In this document: positions 26,496 through 40,172 of the stretch, piece by piece
How the letters are laid out: each line of letters starts with the position of its first letter
How positions within the stretch are numbered: position 1 is the stretch's first letter
Assembly: GCF_006345805.1 (NCBI RefSeq)
Contig: NC_043009.1
Coordinates: 23,188,001 to 23,252,000 of the forward strand
From: Octopus sinensis
Taxonomy: Eukaryota
Length of the DNA: 64,000 bases
Reading direction: 5' to 3'
Notes under the pieces: generated by a model
What the model was told of the DNA's origin: nothing
Seen by the model: the letters and a program-made list of their open reading frames with translations, nothing else
The model's database searches: none
Translations under genes and position numbers: made by a program

Positions 26496-26838
26496 ACCGT
26501 TAAAATTAATACAGAGAGTTGCTTATTTGTAAAAAAAATATAACATGTGACTTCATTGGCCGAGGTTACCGTGGTCTTTTCCGTAGGCTTTTCTTTCCAC
26601 GGGATAACCTCACCTGTCCTCCCCTTTACACTTTATATTGACATTTCTGTGATAACGATCCCTATTGATCGATTTTTTCTTTTTCCTTTTATTTTATTCC
26701 CCTCCCTTTTTTTCCTCTTTCTTTTTACGATCCCTTTTGATCGAAAACCAAACCCCCTTTTTTCTATCCCCAAAAGAAAAGCTCCACCTTGTAATTTGTC
26801 CCGTCTTTGTGCAGCCCTGTGTGGCTAATAAAGAAACA

Positions 26839-26941
<103 letters not shown>

Positions 26942-27164
26942 TTATTGATATAGGTACCTAGATAGAGATACACTGATAGATAATTAAATAGATGTGTATG
27001 TACGCGTGTTTGTGTGTATTTGTTTCTGTGTTTGAAGATCCATGAGCTTTGGCAGTATTTTAATCGTCATCAACTGCAAAGAAACTGAAAGGAGAATCAT
27101 ATCCGTACTCGAAAGAAGAAATTTCGTTAACGAATCCTTAATGGCAATATACTGAGCCTTTAAG

Positions 27165-27345
27165 GGCGCTGAGCTGTCAGAATCATTAGCATGCTGGCCA
27201 AAATGCTTAACGGCATCTCGTCCGTCTTTACGTTCTGAGTTCAAATTCCGCTGAGGTCGACTTTGCCTTTTAGCCTTTCGAGGTCGTTTCAATAAGTACT
27301 AGTTGAGCTTTGGAGTCGATGTAATCGACTTACCCTCTCCTCCGA
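27165..27345 (+). mobile_element. Family-A SINE
   Basis: GAGCTGTCAGAATCATTAGC…GAGTTCAAATTCCGCTGAGGTCGACTTTGCC. Confidence 0.75.
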
Positions 27346-27749
27346 ACTTTGAGATCAATATACTGAGCCTTTGAATGATTTTTTAACTGCATCAAGCCTT
27401 TCTGTCACATCTTATTTTCAACATAAAATTTATCGAATTTATCTACAGGCTGTTCATAAATTATCTTTACAACTTTCACAATTTGTTGTATCTCTTACAA
27501 TTCAGATCCATCAATGTGTTGCATGCAACCAATGGAAACCACGCGGAAGTATTCTGATGTTTCTAATATAACTTTAGAACCTTGATTAAAAGCAAAAAGA
27601 AGGTGTCGAAAATGCTCGTTTTTCTTAACTTGACATTCTATTTTAATGATCAGAAAATAAACAAAAATTAACTAAAATTAACTAGAAAAAAAAAAAAAAT
27701 AGATTCCAAAATAAAAAAAAACGGCGGCGGGAACCTAGTTGCCAACCCA

Positions 27750-27780
<31 letters not shown>

Positions 27781-27816
27781 TAATATATATATATATAATA
27801 GTATATATATATAATA

Positions 27817-28653
27817 CTAGCAGAATGCCCGGCGTTGCTCGGGGCTGAATTGCTTGAAAGTACTGTTAATGATTGCACTGAATTATGATGATTATTCAGG
27901 CAATATTGATATAAGCTTACGGTGGGAGATAAGGACTTAACGATCAAACGTGTGCCATTGCATTGTTGGGGGGAACCAAATTTCTGATGAGCATTATAGG
28001 GGCACCAACTTTAAGTTTGAGAAAGTGTGGTGGTAGTCCGGGGTGCTCAAAGGAATTGAGTACCTCTATTGGATAGTTGATGACGTCCTCTGGGTCAGGA
28101 GTTGTATCGATAGACTGATATACATAGACTTCCCCAGGAATGAGTTTTAGCATTTCATCATTAATATGGTGAACAGTTTTATTCCTCGGGGCCAGTATAG
28201 CCTTTTTGCCAATCCAATCCATATTCTGATAATTAGCTTGTAGATCTGGGAACACTGCATCTCTGAGATCAGAAGGCGTCTTAACAATGGTACAAATGGA
28301 ATCGATGGCAATATTACCATTTTCATCCCCTGGTATTTTGCCTTCGCCAAGTGCAAGGAGGGTGTGAGGAAATGCTGCTGATGTGATATTACGTCGCATA
28401 TGAGCACGCATATTGGTGTGAGGTTGAGAGTTACTTCCGTTTATTTTAAAAAATATGCATTAAAATGGAAAAAATGATGGTAAATATTTGTAAAATCATA
28501 GACTCATCGTAGACGCGCGCTAATACCCAGAAGGGCTCGATATGAATCACGACTATAAGATACCCGGTTTTGGTTAAACTGCATCGCAAAATGTGGGAGT
28601 AGTTAGGAATCTAAATCGGAGTAGGCAGACACACAACCTTCTTTATATATAAA
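27817..28653 (-). mobile_element. Internally deleted Helitron retaining a PIF1-like helicase fragment
   Basis: 3' CTAG with AGCAACGCCGGG hairpin; its 5' ~220 bp match 30205-30441. The minus strand encodes AILAPRN…IN…SID…YPIEVLNS…GLPPHFLKLKVGAPIMLIRNL…CNGTRLIV. Confidence 0.9.
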
Positions 28654-28659
28654 TATTTT

Positions 28660-29130
28660 CGTCCTAAAAAACTTTGTATGGATTGAATGGTTACCTCTAT
28701 GGATATATATACACGCACATTATACATACATGTGTGTATAGATGAATATATAAATACATTTAATATCTATATACACTTTTGGGCGATCTTTCTGTTTCTT
28801 AGAGATAACTTAGATCTTATTTTCGTGCTAAAAAACTTTGTATGGAGTGAATGGTTACCTCTATGGAAATATATACACACACGTATACATACATGTGTGC
28901 ATAGATGAATATATAAATACATTTATATATCTATATACATTTTGGGCGATCTCTGTGCTACTTAGAGATAACTTTAGATGTTATTTTGTCCTAAAAAACT
29001 TTGTGCGGAGTGAATGGTTACGTGTATGGAAATATATACACACACATTATACATACATCTGTGTATAGATGAATATATAAATACATTTAAATATCTATAT
29101 ACACTTTTGGGCGATCTTTCTGCTACTTGG
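28660..29130. repeat. ~164-bp tandem repeat, about 3 copies, inside a HelB element (~28655-30051)
   Basis: CTAAAAAACTTTGT.GGA.TGAATGGTTAC…TTTTGGGCGATCT recurs at ~28664, ~28828 and ~28991. Confidence 0.9.
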
Positions 29131-29137
29131 ATATAGG

Positions 29138-29600
29138 GGCGATGTTTCGCTTGTCGTAGCACACGTTTCCGTCGATTTCCGTAAAAAATGTAAACACTGA
29201 ATCGGCCATACATACATACATACATACATACATACATACATACACACACACATACATACACACACACACACACATACATGCATACATACATATACACATA
29301 AACCGAGTAAAAAATTTCAGTTATCTCTCTCTTTCACATATTACTCTCTCTGTCTCTTCACACACACTAACAGAAGCACTTCACTTACACAACATACTGT
29401 CTGTCTCCCACACTCCATCAAACACACACACACACACACATGTACATCAATGCGTCCCATGCACGGTAACTTCAAAAGAACTTCCCTCGTCATACAATCG
29501 CTTTCTCTTAGTCTCTTTCGCTCTCATTACTTATGTAAAAAAATAAAAGTTTTTTACGGAAATCGACGGAAACCTGTGCTACGACAAGCGAAACATCGCC
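29138..29600. mobile_element. MITE with ~50-bp TIRs and an 8-bp TSD (Merlin-like)
   Basis: TIR GGCGATGTTTCGCTTGTCGTAGCACA.GTTTCCGTCGATTTCCGTAAAAAA at both ends; TSD GATATAGG at 29130-29137 and 29601-29608. Confidence 0.88.
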
Positions 29601-30051
29601 GATATAGGTCTTATATTCGTCCTAAAAAACTTTCCTGTCACACACGCACGCACACACACACACACACGCACCCTCACACACACACACGCACGTTAGCTTA
29701 CAATTTTATTTATATATTTGCGTGTCTATGTGTGTAAAGAGGAAGTGGCAGACTGAAAGAGTCACTCACTACAAAAGGTTAATTACTTTCATTTTATTCG
29801 TTGCACACTGTGTGTGTGCGTGTGCGTGTGGTGTAAACCACATTAAGAAAAACATTTGACATACACACCAGAATGTGAGTTTTCTGTAAATTTTGCTTAA
29901 TTGGAGTTTAAATTTTAAAAAGTGGACCTGTCAAAACCCGATGCATTCTACTCTTAAAAATGCTAAGTAAATTGTAATTGAAGAAATCCTATATTGTAGA
30001 TTTCTATAACTGACAAAGGGAGGCAGATAAAATCTGCCTTTTATAATAAGA

Positions 30052-30441
30052 CTAGCAGTATCGCCCGGCGTTGCTCGGGTTGTAAGGGAAATAACTATAT
30101 AAGCATTTTTAGAGATATAGCCAAAAATAGCAAAAAATGCATTAAAAAATTGAAAAAAAATTAAGGTAAATTTTTTTTTAATCGTTGACACATCGTAGAT
30201 ATTTTTAGAGAGTTACTTACCCTTATATAAAGCGAAAAAATGCATTAAAATGGAAAAATATGATGGTAAATTTTTTTAAAATCGTAGACTCATCGTAGAC
30301 GCACGCTAATACCCAGAAGGGCTCGATATGAATCACGACTATAAGATACCCGCTTTTGGGTAAACTGCACCGCAAAATGTGGGAGTAGTTAGGAATCTAA
30401 ATCGTAGGAGACAGACACACAACTTCACTCTTATATAAAGA
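30052..30441 (-). mobile_element. Non-autonomous Helitron (HelA)
   Basis: Minus strand A|TCTTTATATAAGAG…AGCAACGCCGGGCGATACTGCTAG|T: TC…CTAG ends in an AT target. Confidence 0.85.
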
Positions 30442-30444
30442 TGC

Positions 30445-31496
30445 TTTTTTTTTTCAGTCATAGGTCTTCAGTAGAAAATCCTTCGAATTCTGACTCGCTG
30501 CTTGATATAATGAAATTCGTATCCATTTTTTGTCAGAATTACAAATTTTGAAAACACAATAGGAACAAATTTCGGAAAAAAATCTCCCATAATTCACGGA
30601 ATTAAAATTACACTTCGATTTTTGTACAAAACTGTAGTTGAAGTGTTTACGAAGTATAATACGTGTTTTCACGAATGTACTAAAGAGATTTGCTCTGATA
30701 TTCTCATTTAAATATGAATAGGTAAATTCGGGCGGCTTGGTAACTATATATAAGTGTCGTCTGTTTATACATAAACACTGTTTCATACTGCAATTATATA
30801 TACATATATCTATATATAATATATATATAATGAAATATATACAGAGTAAAATAAAAACCAATTTACCTTTTCTGTCCGTCCGTGTGTCTTTGCAAATGTG
30901 TTGGAATGATAAGTGAGTTGAGTTTTGGCGCCTTTTTTACTAATAACAAACAACACCGTGTTTGTATGTAGTTGTATGTGTATGTAGTTGTATGTAGTTG
31001 TATATGTATGTGTATGCGTGTGTGTGAGGAATGGCACCAACACTCACCACGCACGCACATATGTACCAATGCTTTCGGAGTGATATGTAAAAATATTGAG
31101 TTTTCTCGAATTTTGTCTTAATTGGTGGTAAAATTGAAAGAAATTTTTTATGGCATCACCTACTGAAGTACTCTGAAAAATCTTAGGTAAATTCTAATTG
31201 AAGAAATTGTGTGAGTAGTAAATGGTTATGTATTTATTTGTTTCTGTTTGCTGTGTTTTTTTATTTTTTGAGTAGCGGTTTAAATACTTTCAGTTTAGTC
31301 TTCCTCAAATCACTCTGTCGCTATTTACTTTCATTTTATTCGTTGCCCACTGTGTTTAAATTTTAAAAACTGGACCTGGCATGACGCGATGCATTGTACT
31401 CTTAAACTGCTAGGTAATTGTAATTGAAGAAATCCTATATTGTAGATTTGTATAACTCCCAAAGGGAGGCAGATAAAATCTGCCTTTTATAATAAG

Positions 31497-31497
<1 letters not shown>
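30445..31497 (-). mobile_element. HelB-like element preceded by a piggyBac-derived segment
   Basis: 5' end ATCTTATTATAAAAGGCAG at ~31497; 30455-30745 matches 10705-11005. Confidence 0.6.
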
Positions 31498-31537
<40 letters not shown>

Positions 31538-32545
31538 ATCGTGGGTAAAGCCAAAACAATGCAAAGTAAATGAAAGGTAAATCACAAGAAAACAAATATA
31601 TGAATTAATGTAGACTTACCTAGTATTCAATATTTTGGGGTTATGACGAATGTTGCCGATATGCGTGGCGTTTGTGTGTGTGTGTGTGTGTGTGCATGTG
31701 CATGTATGCATGTATGTGTCTCTGTTTTTGCCACCCCTACCGCCACCATTTGACAACCAGTGTTACTTTGTTTACATCACCGTTACTTTGCAGTTCGGCA
31801 AAAGAAACCGGAAGAATAAGTTACAGACTTGTAAAAAAAAATCCAAATACTTCGGTCTATCTGTTCGGGTAACTTCTTCAAGGCGGTGATCCAACATGGC
31901 CGCAGTCCAATGGCTGGAACAAGTAATGATTAACGATTAAAGATAAAGCTGTGTCTGATCAGGTTCAGTATTCCATTAATGGGTTCTCTTTGAACTTAAA
32001 TTCTGTTTCTGTGCACGATCTAGCGATTAATTCTCTCTCTAAAAATTCGTAACGATCTGACTCAACGGTATGTTTGATGTATTAAAAACAAAACTGGACA
32101 TGATGGCATGAATCTGTTGCAAGGACAAGAAGGAGACGAAAACGTGTAATCACTAAAACCGGAATGGGGTGATTGAGCGTAATTGTTTGAATGTTGATAG
32201 TCTGACCCGGTTGACGGCATATACAGCTTGTCTTGGTGACGGTACTTTTTAGCACTAGAGGTTAATAACTTCCATACACACATGCACGCATACAATCATA
32301 CGTATACGCGCAGTAATATACACATATAGATAGACAGAGAGGGAGACAGAGAATGAGGGAGAAGAAAAGAGAGATTATACATACAAACATAACTAGATAT
32401 TCACACGCACAAAAAGAGACAGACAGAGAGGGGGAGAAAGAAAGAAAAAAGAAAGTGAGAGAGATATTACGATTTATTTATTGAGCACGATTGACATTAA
32501 CACTTTCCGTCTCATACACATAGAAAGAAATATGCTCCCAGGCAT

Positions 32546-32595
<50 letters not shown>

Positions 32596-32723
32596 AGGAG
32601 AGAGGATGAAAGACATAGAAAGTGAAGTGAGAGAAAAAAGGGAGAGAAGAGAACGAGAGAAGCATTTAAACAGTTGATATTAAATAAGCCAGTGTCGACT
32701 CAACAACGCCAAATAACGTCAAA

Positions 32724-33045
32724 ACGCCTGCGCCAAGACGCCTGCGCCAAGACGCCTGCGCCAAGACGCCTGCGCCAAGACGCCTGCGCCAAGACGCCTG
32801 CGCCAAGACGCCTGCGCCAAGACGCCTGCGCCAAGACGCCATGCTGACGCTGCGCAGACGCCTGCGCCAAGACGCCTGCGCCAAGACGCCTGCGCCAAGA
32901 CGCCTGCGCCAAGACGCATGCGCCAAGACGCATGCGCCAAGACGCATGCGCCAAGACGCCTGCGCCAAGACGCCTGCGCCAAGACGCCTGCGCCAAGACG
33001 CCTGCGCCAAGACGCCTGCGCCAAGACGCCTGTGCCAAGACGCCT
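32724..33045. repeat. GC-rich 14-bp minisatellite (ACGCCTGCGCCAAG) x ~23
   Basis: Visible directly; three adjacent CAT-variant units and one interrupted unit. Confidence 0.97.
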
Positions 33046-33190
33046 CACACCCGATTAATTCTATATATTGTAGTATGGACCTCATAAGTGCTCTTTAAAA
33101 GAAGACGCTAATGTATCTATATGAAGGAACAGTTCAGTGCCACGACCTCTCTCTGCAAGAATTCCTTAGTTTATCATCAAAAATGGCATA

Positions 33191-33424
33191 CGGTCTGTCC
33201 TTATTTGTCCCTTCTGTGTTTAGTCTCTTGTGGGTATTAAAGAAATAGGTATTTCGTCTGCCGTTACGTTCTGAGTTCAAATTCCGCCGAGATCGACTTT
33301 GCCTTTCATCCTTTCGGGTTCGATAAATTAAGTACCAGTTACGCACTAATCGACTTAATCCGTTTGTCTGTCCTTGTTTGTCCCCTCTATGTTTAGCCCC
33401 TTGTGAGCAATAAAGAAATAAGAA
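33191..33424 (+). mobile_element. Family-A SINE, tail-to-body tandem
   Basis: The 3' tail (GTCTGTCCTT…AAAGAAATAGG) occurs both before and after the B-box/body segment. Confidence 0.8.
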
Positions 33425-33561
33425 ATTAGCTTCTCAACCACAAAGTTCCAGGTTCAGTCCCACTCCGTGGCACCTTTAGTAAGTGTCTTCTACTATAGCC
33501 TTGGCCCAACCAACACTTTGTGAGTGGATTTGACAGATGGAAACTGAAAGAAGCCCGTTAC

Positions 33562-33632
<71 letters not shown>

Positions 33633-33855
33633 TGTGTGTCTGTGTGTATCTGTGCTTGTCCCTCAACTCCGCTTGACAACTGGCGTTGGTGTGTTTAGAT
33701 TGCCGCAACTTAGTGGTTCGGCAAAGAAGAACGATAGAATAAGTACCAGGCTTAAAACAATAAGTACTGGGGTCGATTCATTCGACTAAAAGGTCTTCAA
33801 GGTGGTGCCCCAGCATGGTCACAGGCTAATGATAGAAACAAGTGAAAGGTAAAAG
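33425..33855 (+). mobile_element. Family-B (CORE-like) SINE with internal microsatellite
   Basis: GGTTCAGTCCCAC…GCACCTT.AG.AAGTGTCTTCTACTATAGCC…GAAACTGAAAGAAGCCCG-(TG)n-…AGTACTGGGGTCGATT…CCAGCATGG. Confidence 0.8.
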
Positions 33856-34382
33856 CCAAAAAAAAAAAGTAAATTGGTATTAATGTCCCTAAGAATCGAT
33901 TTCGGCGAATCAATATTCTCCTTACCTATCATAAACTTTAGGGTTCTCAAAGATATACTGGGGCCATTTCTGCCACTTTTTACCGCTTTCTGCCACTTTC
34001 TACCAAAAATCTTCATCCTTTGTGATTTGATTGAATCACATTTCATTTCCATCAACCACGGGCGAAAACTCAGTGGAGACTGCCAATTTCGATTATAATA
34101 AATATATTTATGTACTCAATTTAAACGTATTTGGGTTCTATATCAGATAATGTTTACATTACACACACACACACACACATACACAAACACACGCGCGCGC
34201 ACACACACGTACACACACACACACATATCAGAAGAAATAAATCCATGGCCTCTCGAGACCGATGGGTGCCTACTACAGCTGCTGCTGCTGCTACTACTAC
34301 TACTACTACTACTACACCACCACCACTACTATATATATACACATACACACACACATATATATATATGTATATATATATTATG

Positions 34383-34423
<41 letters not shown>

Positions 34424-34576
34424 GTATATATACACACACACACACGCACACACACACACATACACCACACACACACATATATATATATATCATATATACA
34501 CAGTACAATACTCTGATATATCTCAGCTTACTAATAGCAGCAATAGTAGCAGCAGCAGTAGCAGTAGCAGCAGCAA

Positions 34577-34630
<54 letters not shown>

Positions 34631-35238
34631 AAAGGTAGTTCCAGTTCTAAGTGGTGAATTAGTTTACTGATGTTTTACTAGTGTCCTCCCACCATACCTA
34701 TCATACTCTTGCACACGTATAAGTACAAACGCTCACACACCTCACACAGATTGATTAACACATACGCACATACACACAAACACACATGTACACAAATTCC
34801 TTACCGTTTTATGCTTTGCGTCTTACTTCCTTCTCCACAAACACTTTCTATTACTATTTCTCTCTACTTTCAGCCCACCAACCAAGCAACAAGCAACCAA
34901 GCAACCAACCAGTCAACCAACCAACCAACCAACCAACCACCCATCCAGCCAACTAGCCAACCAGCCAACCAATCAAACAACCAACCAACCAACGGACCGA
35001 CCGACCGACCGACCGACCAACTACAGTCTACTCTGAGTTTCGCCCTTGGCTGGGCTGTCCACGAGCAGCCCAGTCAAGAACGAAATTCAGTAGGTAGTCA
35101 ACTTTTGATATATGTGTGCACGTATGTAAATACATACATACATGCATACATACATACATACATACATGCATACATACATACATACATACATACATGCATA
35201 CATACATACATACATACATACATACATACATGCATACA

Positions 35239-35269
<31 letters not shown>

Positions 35270-35271
35270 TA

Positions 35272-35645
35272 GGCGCAGGAGTTGCTGTGTTGTAGGTAGC
35301 TTGCTTACCAACCACATGGTTCCGGGTTCAGTTTCATTGCGTGGCACCTTAGGCAAGTGCATACTACTATAGCCTCGGGCTGACCAAAGCCTTGTGAGTG
35401 GATTTGGTAGACGGAAACTGAAAGAAGCCCGTCGTATACATGTATATGTGTGTATGTGTGTGCATGTATTTGTACTCCCAACATCACTTCAAAACCGATG
35501 CTGGTGTGTTTATGTCCCCGTAACTTAGCGGTTCAGCCAATGAGCCTGATAGAATAAGTACAAGGCTTATAAAGAGTAAGACCTGGAGTCCATTTTCTCG
35601 ACTAAAGGCAGTGCTCCAGTATGGCCATAAAAGAATAAAAGAATA
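35272..35645 (+). mobile_element. Family-B SINE, near full length
   Basis: GGCGCAGGAGTTGCTGTGTTGTAGGTAGC (A-box-like), GGTTCAG (B-box-like) and CORE-like CACCTTAGGCAAGTG. Confidence 0.85.
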
Positions 35646-35730
35646 CATCCACATACATACACGCGTATGGTAGATAAGTGCCAACGGACAAAATTTCGGG
35701 ACTCGTGTGTTTCTGTAACTTCTGCTATTA

Positions 35731-35846
<116 letters not shown>

Positions 35847-35964
35847 TATATATATTATATATATAACGGGAAGCTTTATGAAAATAGACAAAAGACGAAG
35901 GCAGGTGGAAAACAAACAAACAATTGTATTAGTATGGCGCTCAGGAAATATAAATAAAACAAGT

Positions 35965-36000
35965 CTTTAACGTTTCGAGCCTACGCTCTTCAACAGAAAG
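35965..36000 (-). ncRNA. Hammerhead-like motif (A6U) in a PLE-type terminal fragment (~35867-36218)
   Basis: Minus strand: CTTT-CTGTTGA-A-GAGC(gtag)GCTC-GAA-ACGT-T-AAAG. Confidence 0.6.
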
Positions 36001-36216
36001 ATACACAGAGAGAAAAAAATCATCAAGAAAGAAGGAGAGAAAAAAATGCGTGCAGTAAAACGAATCAACATGGCGATCTGATTTCGGCCAGAAGTCAAAG
36101 ATCAACATGAGACGCGAGAGCGAAATAAGGGGAGATAATAGGGTTGATAACAGGGTTGAATGACCACCTATTAGTGCGTAGGAGGGGTCTGGACGTGTGT
36201 ATGTATAGGATTGGTG

Positions 36217-36296
<80 letters not shown>

Positions 36297-36373
36297 AGCA
36301 AGGTAGCTGGTAATATATATATATACATATATATCATCACTTACCCTGCTATTTATTTAACATCACAGAATAG

Positions 36374-36425
<52 letters not shown>

Positions 36426-36489
36426 TTATCGTATGTACTCAGAAATACAGACATACATGCAGATACACACATTAACAAACGACTCAACC

Positions 36490-37700
36490 AAACATCCACC
36501 CATCCACCCATCCATAAACTCACCCACCCAACCAACCGACCAACCAACCAACCAACCAACCAACCAACCAACCAACCAACCAACCAACCAACCAACCAAC
36601 CAACCAGCCAGCCAACCAACCAACCAGCCAGCCAACCAACCAACCAGCCAGCCAACCAACCAACCAACCAACCAACCAACCAACCAACCAACCAACCAAC
36701 CAACCAACAAGCCAACCAGCCAACCAATCAGCCAGCCAACTAACCAGCCAACCAACCAGCCAACCAACCAACCAGCCAGCCAACCAACCGATGAACAAGC
36801 AATACTATCACTACCACCATCGTCATCAATAATAATACCACTACCACCATCATCTCTATAAATGCCGCCACCACCATCACCGCCACCTCCACCACGTGAA
36901 CAGTGACGACGACGACGATGACCACCACCACCACCACCACTACTAGTCAACATCGTGACTATCATCACCGTTATTATCTCTAACATTATCACTACCACAA
37001 TTATTACAACTAATACAACAGCCGCGACAGCCACCACCACCACCACCACCATCACCACCATCACCACCATCCCCACCATTACCACCACTACCGCTACCAC
37101 TATCACTACCAGCATCATCATCATCAACAACACCAGTATCACCGCCACCACCATTACCAATACAAACGTGATCACCAATACCAAACTCCAACATCAACAC
37201 TATTACAAAACCGTCAACCCTACACCTTCATTATCGCTATCCACCACCACCACGACAACCACCACAACCATCACCACCATCACCTTCACAACCGAGATCA
37301 CTACCACTATCGTCACCCTTCACAACCACGGCGATGACGACGACCACCACTATCACCGTTACCACCACCACCGCCACCACCATCGCCACCGCCGCCGCCG
37401 CCGCAGCCGCCGCCACAGCCACCACCAAAGCATCAACATCACCCCTGCCACAACAACCACTACCACTGCCGACTCCATAATCCCTCTCCCAACCCCCGTC
37501 ATTCACCATAGCCGCCATCACTACCACTTTCACAACAACCACAACCATCAGCACCAAATACACCACCACCATTATCATCACTACCCGCTTTATTTTTTTT
37601 ACCACCACCGCTACCACCTTCATCACCATCGCCACCCCCAATATCACTACGAGCTCAACCACCACCACTGCCACCACCAGCACCACCATCACCACCCGTG
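36490..37700. repeat. (ACCA)n followed by a degenerate (CAC/CAT)n trinucleotide field
   Basis: Visible directly. Confidence 0.92.
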
Positions 37701-38005
37701 ATACTTCTTCCTTGAAGTCAGTAGCAAGTAATTATATACACCGGCTTCAGCCTCCCATCTATCTACCTTATATGAGGGTATATATATATATATATGAAGA
37801 CCGACTGACAGCTTCCTATTGGTGTGATGTCATCCTCTTCACTTCATCTTAACCTCCACTTCCTCTTTCTATCCATCGCTCCCTCTTATCTCTCACAACC
37901 TCTTTATTTTTTCATTTCATTTCGTTCTCTCTTTTCCTCCCCATTTTTGTCTTTTAGTTTCTTTCAATCGTGTTTTGTATGTATGTATCAAAATATATGT
38001 ACACA

Positions 38006-38039
<34 letters not shown>

Positions 38040-38219
38040 CGTATGTAGGTTGGCGTCCGCGAACACACATGCATAGCCATACATATACATATATATATAT
38101 TCCATCGAGCCGAAAAATCCTCTGCTGACGTCATGCAACTCTGAATTCCAGTTTCTCTTTTTATATACACATGCATGCGCGCGCGCACGCACACACGTAC
38201 ATACACATACACACACACA

Positions 38220-38273
<54 letters not shown>

Positions 38274-38287
38274 GGTGCGTTTCTGTA

Positions 38288-38322
<35 letters not shown>

Positions 38323-38335
38323 GTGTGTGCATATG

Positions 38336-38371
<36 letters not shown>

Positions 38372-38678
38372 TGTATGTATGTATGTATGTATGTCTCTCT
38401 CTCTCTCTCTCTCTAAATATATATATATATAGCTATGCATATATGTATATATAGGACATCAGCTGACTGCTGTTATCCATCTCTAAAGCACTCACACACA
38501 GACTTGTATATCTTGCATATACACCGGTACAAAAATGTGCTGACAGGGGAACACACACACACACACACAAATATATATAAATATATTCGATCAAAAGCTG
38601 ATGATTCACTTTGTCGCTACTCCGTGTGACACACATTTAAGAGCACTTGCCGTCCGAAAGAATCTCTTACAATACACA

Positions 38679-38723
<45 letters not shown>

Positions 38724-39891
38724 ACACACACACGTACATATATATATATATATGTATGTATTTCTCTTTGATGTCTACTGGTCATGTAGATATCAGACAT
38801 CATGCTGTATTAAGTAGAGCCAACATCCAGTTCATATTGGAGCTATAAAGGTGCACAATGTCACACACAGATCTAAATTGAATGATTACTTAAAATTCGA
38901 AACATTGATATTATGATATTCAAGCGTTATATTATGATAAGCTATTTGTGAAATTATATATGTATAGGTGTATGCATTGTTTTTTGGAGGAGTGATATAT
39001 ACCTGAACGAAAATTACAACTAAAAGAATGTAGACATAGGTGTGTGGTTCAGAAACTCGCTTTTCAGCCATATGGTTTCAGGTTCAGTCCTACTGCACAT
39101 TACTTTACGCAAGCGTTTTCTGCTATCACCCCGTGAAGGCCAATGATTTGCGAATGAAGTCCGGTGTATGTGTATGTATGTATGTATGTATGTATGTATG
39201 TATGTATGTATGTATGTATGTATGTATGTATGCATGCATGCATGCATGTATGTATGTATGCATTGATATTTTAAATGATTGATACGGAGGACAGAGTGTA
39301 CTGGAAGCTTTTATTAAACACAACGATCGTTTCGGCTTACTTCTGCACTGCTGCCTTGTAGGGTGGGAGCGATATAACGGAATCGAATGCACCCCATACT
39401 CTCCTAAACTTTATATATATATATATATTAAATTACTAATTTCATATCTAAGGAACTTAGAGAAAGTTATAGACACACGCATAGGAATGCTCTTAAGGCT
39501 ACCCTTATATATCTGTGTGTGTGTTTGTATGTATGTGTGTGTGTGTGTGTATGTGTGTGTGTGTATGTGCACGCGCGTGTGTGTGTGTGTGCACGCGTGT
39601 GTGTGTGCACGCGTGTGTGTGTGCACGCGTGTGTGTGTGTGTGTATTTGTCCGTCGCACTACTTGACATCAGGTATTGGTTTGTTTACATCTCCGTAATT
39701 TAGTGTTTCGGCAAAAGATGTCGATGGACTGTGTACCAGACTTAAAAAATTAAATACTGGAGTCGATCTGTTTCACTAAAGCTCACCAAAGCGGTGTCTG
39801 AGCTAAACTGCACTCTAATAACAAGTAAAATGTAAAAGATTTAAAGTGCGCGTGGATTTGAGACACAAAAGACAAATGAAAGATAAATAGA

Positions 39892-40123
39892 ACTCTCTTT
39901 TACTCTCTTTTACTTGTTTCATTCATTTGACTGTGGCCATGCTGGAGCACCGCCTTTAGTCGAATAAATCGACCCCAGGACTTATTCTTTGTAAGCCTAG
40001 TACTTATTCTATCGGTCTCTTTTGCCGAACCACTAAGTTACGGGAATTAAACACACCAGGGCAGCATTGGTTGTCAAGCGTTGTTGGGGCACAAACGCAA
40101 CGCACAAACATATAGACACTCAC

Positions 40124-40172
<49 letters not shown>

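Larger units (their letters stand above)
20719..26838 (+). mobile_element. Near full-length L1/Tx1-clade non-LTR retrotransposon, decayed
   Basis: 5' UTR, ORF1 with CCHC knuckle, ORF2 with APE + RT + C-terminal Zn motif, pyrimidine-rich 3' UTR and AATAAA at 26827. It is flanked on both sides by (TATC)n. Confidence 0.92.

Noticed and set aside
32666-33098. Repetitive ORFs, or a possible CRISPR array
   Set aside because: This is a contiguous 14-bp tandem repeat with no spacers and no cas genes, in a eukaryotic context.
36144-37701. Thr/His-rich 248-aa and Val/Gly/Trp-rich ORFs
   Set aside because: Simple-repeat sequence open in several frames on both strands.
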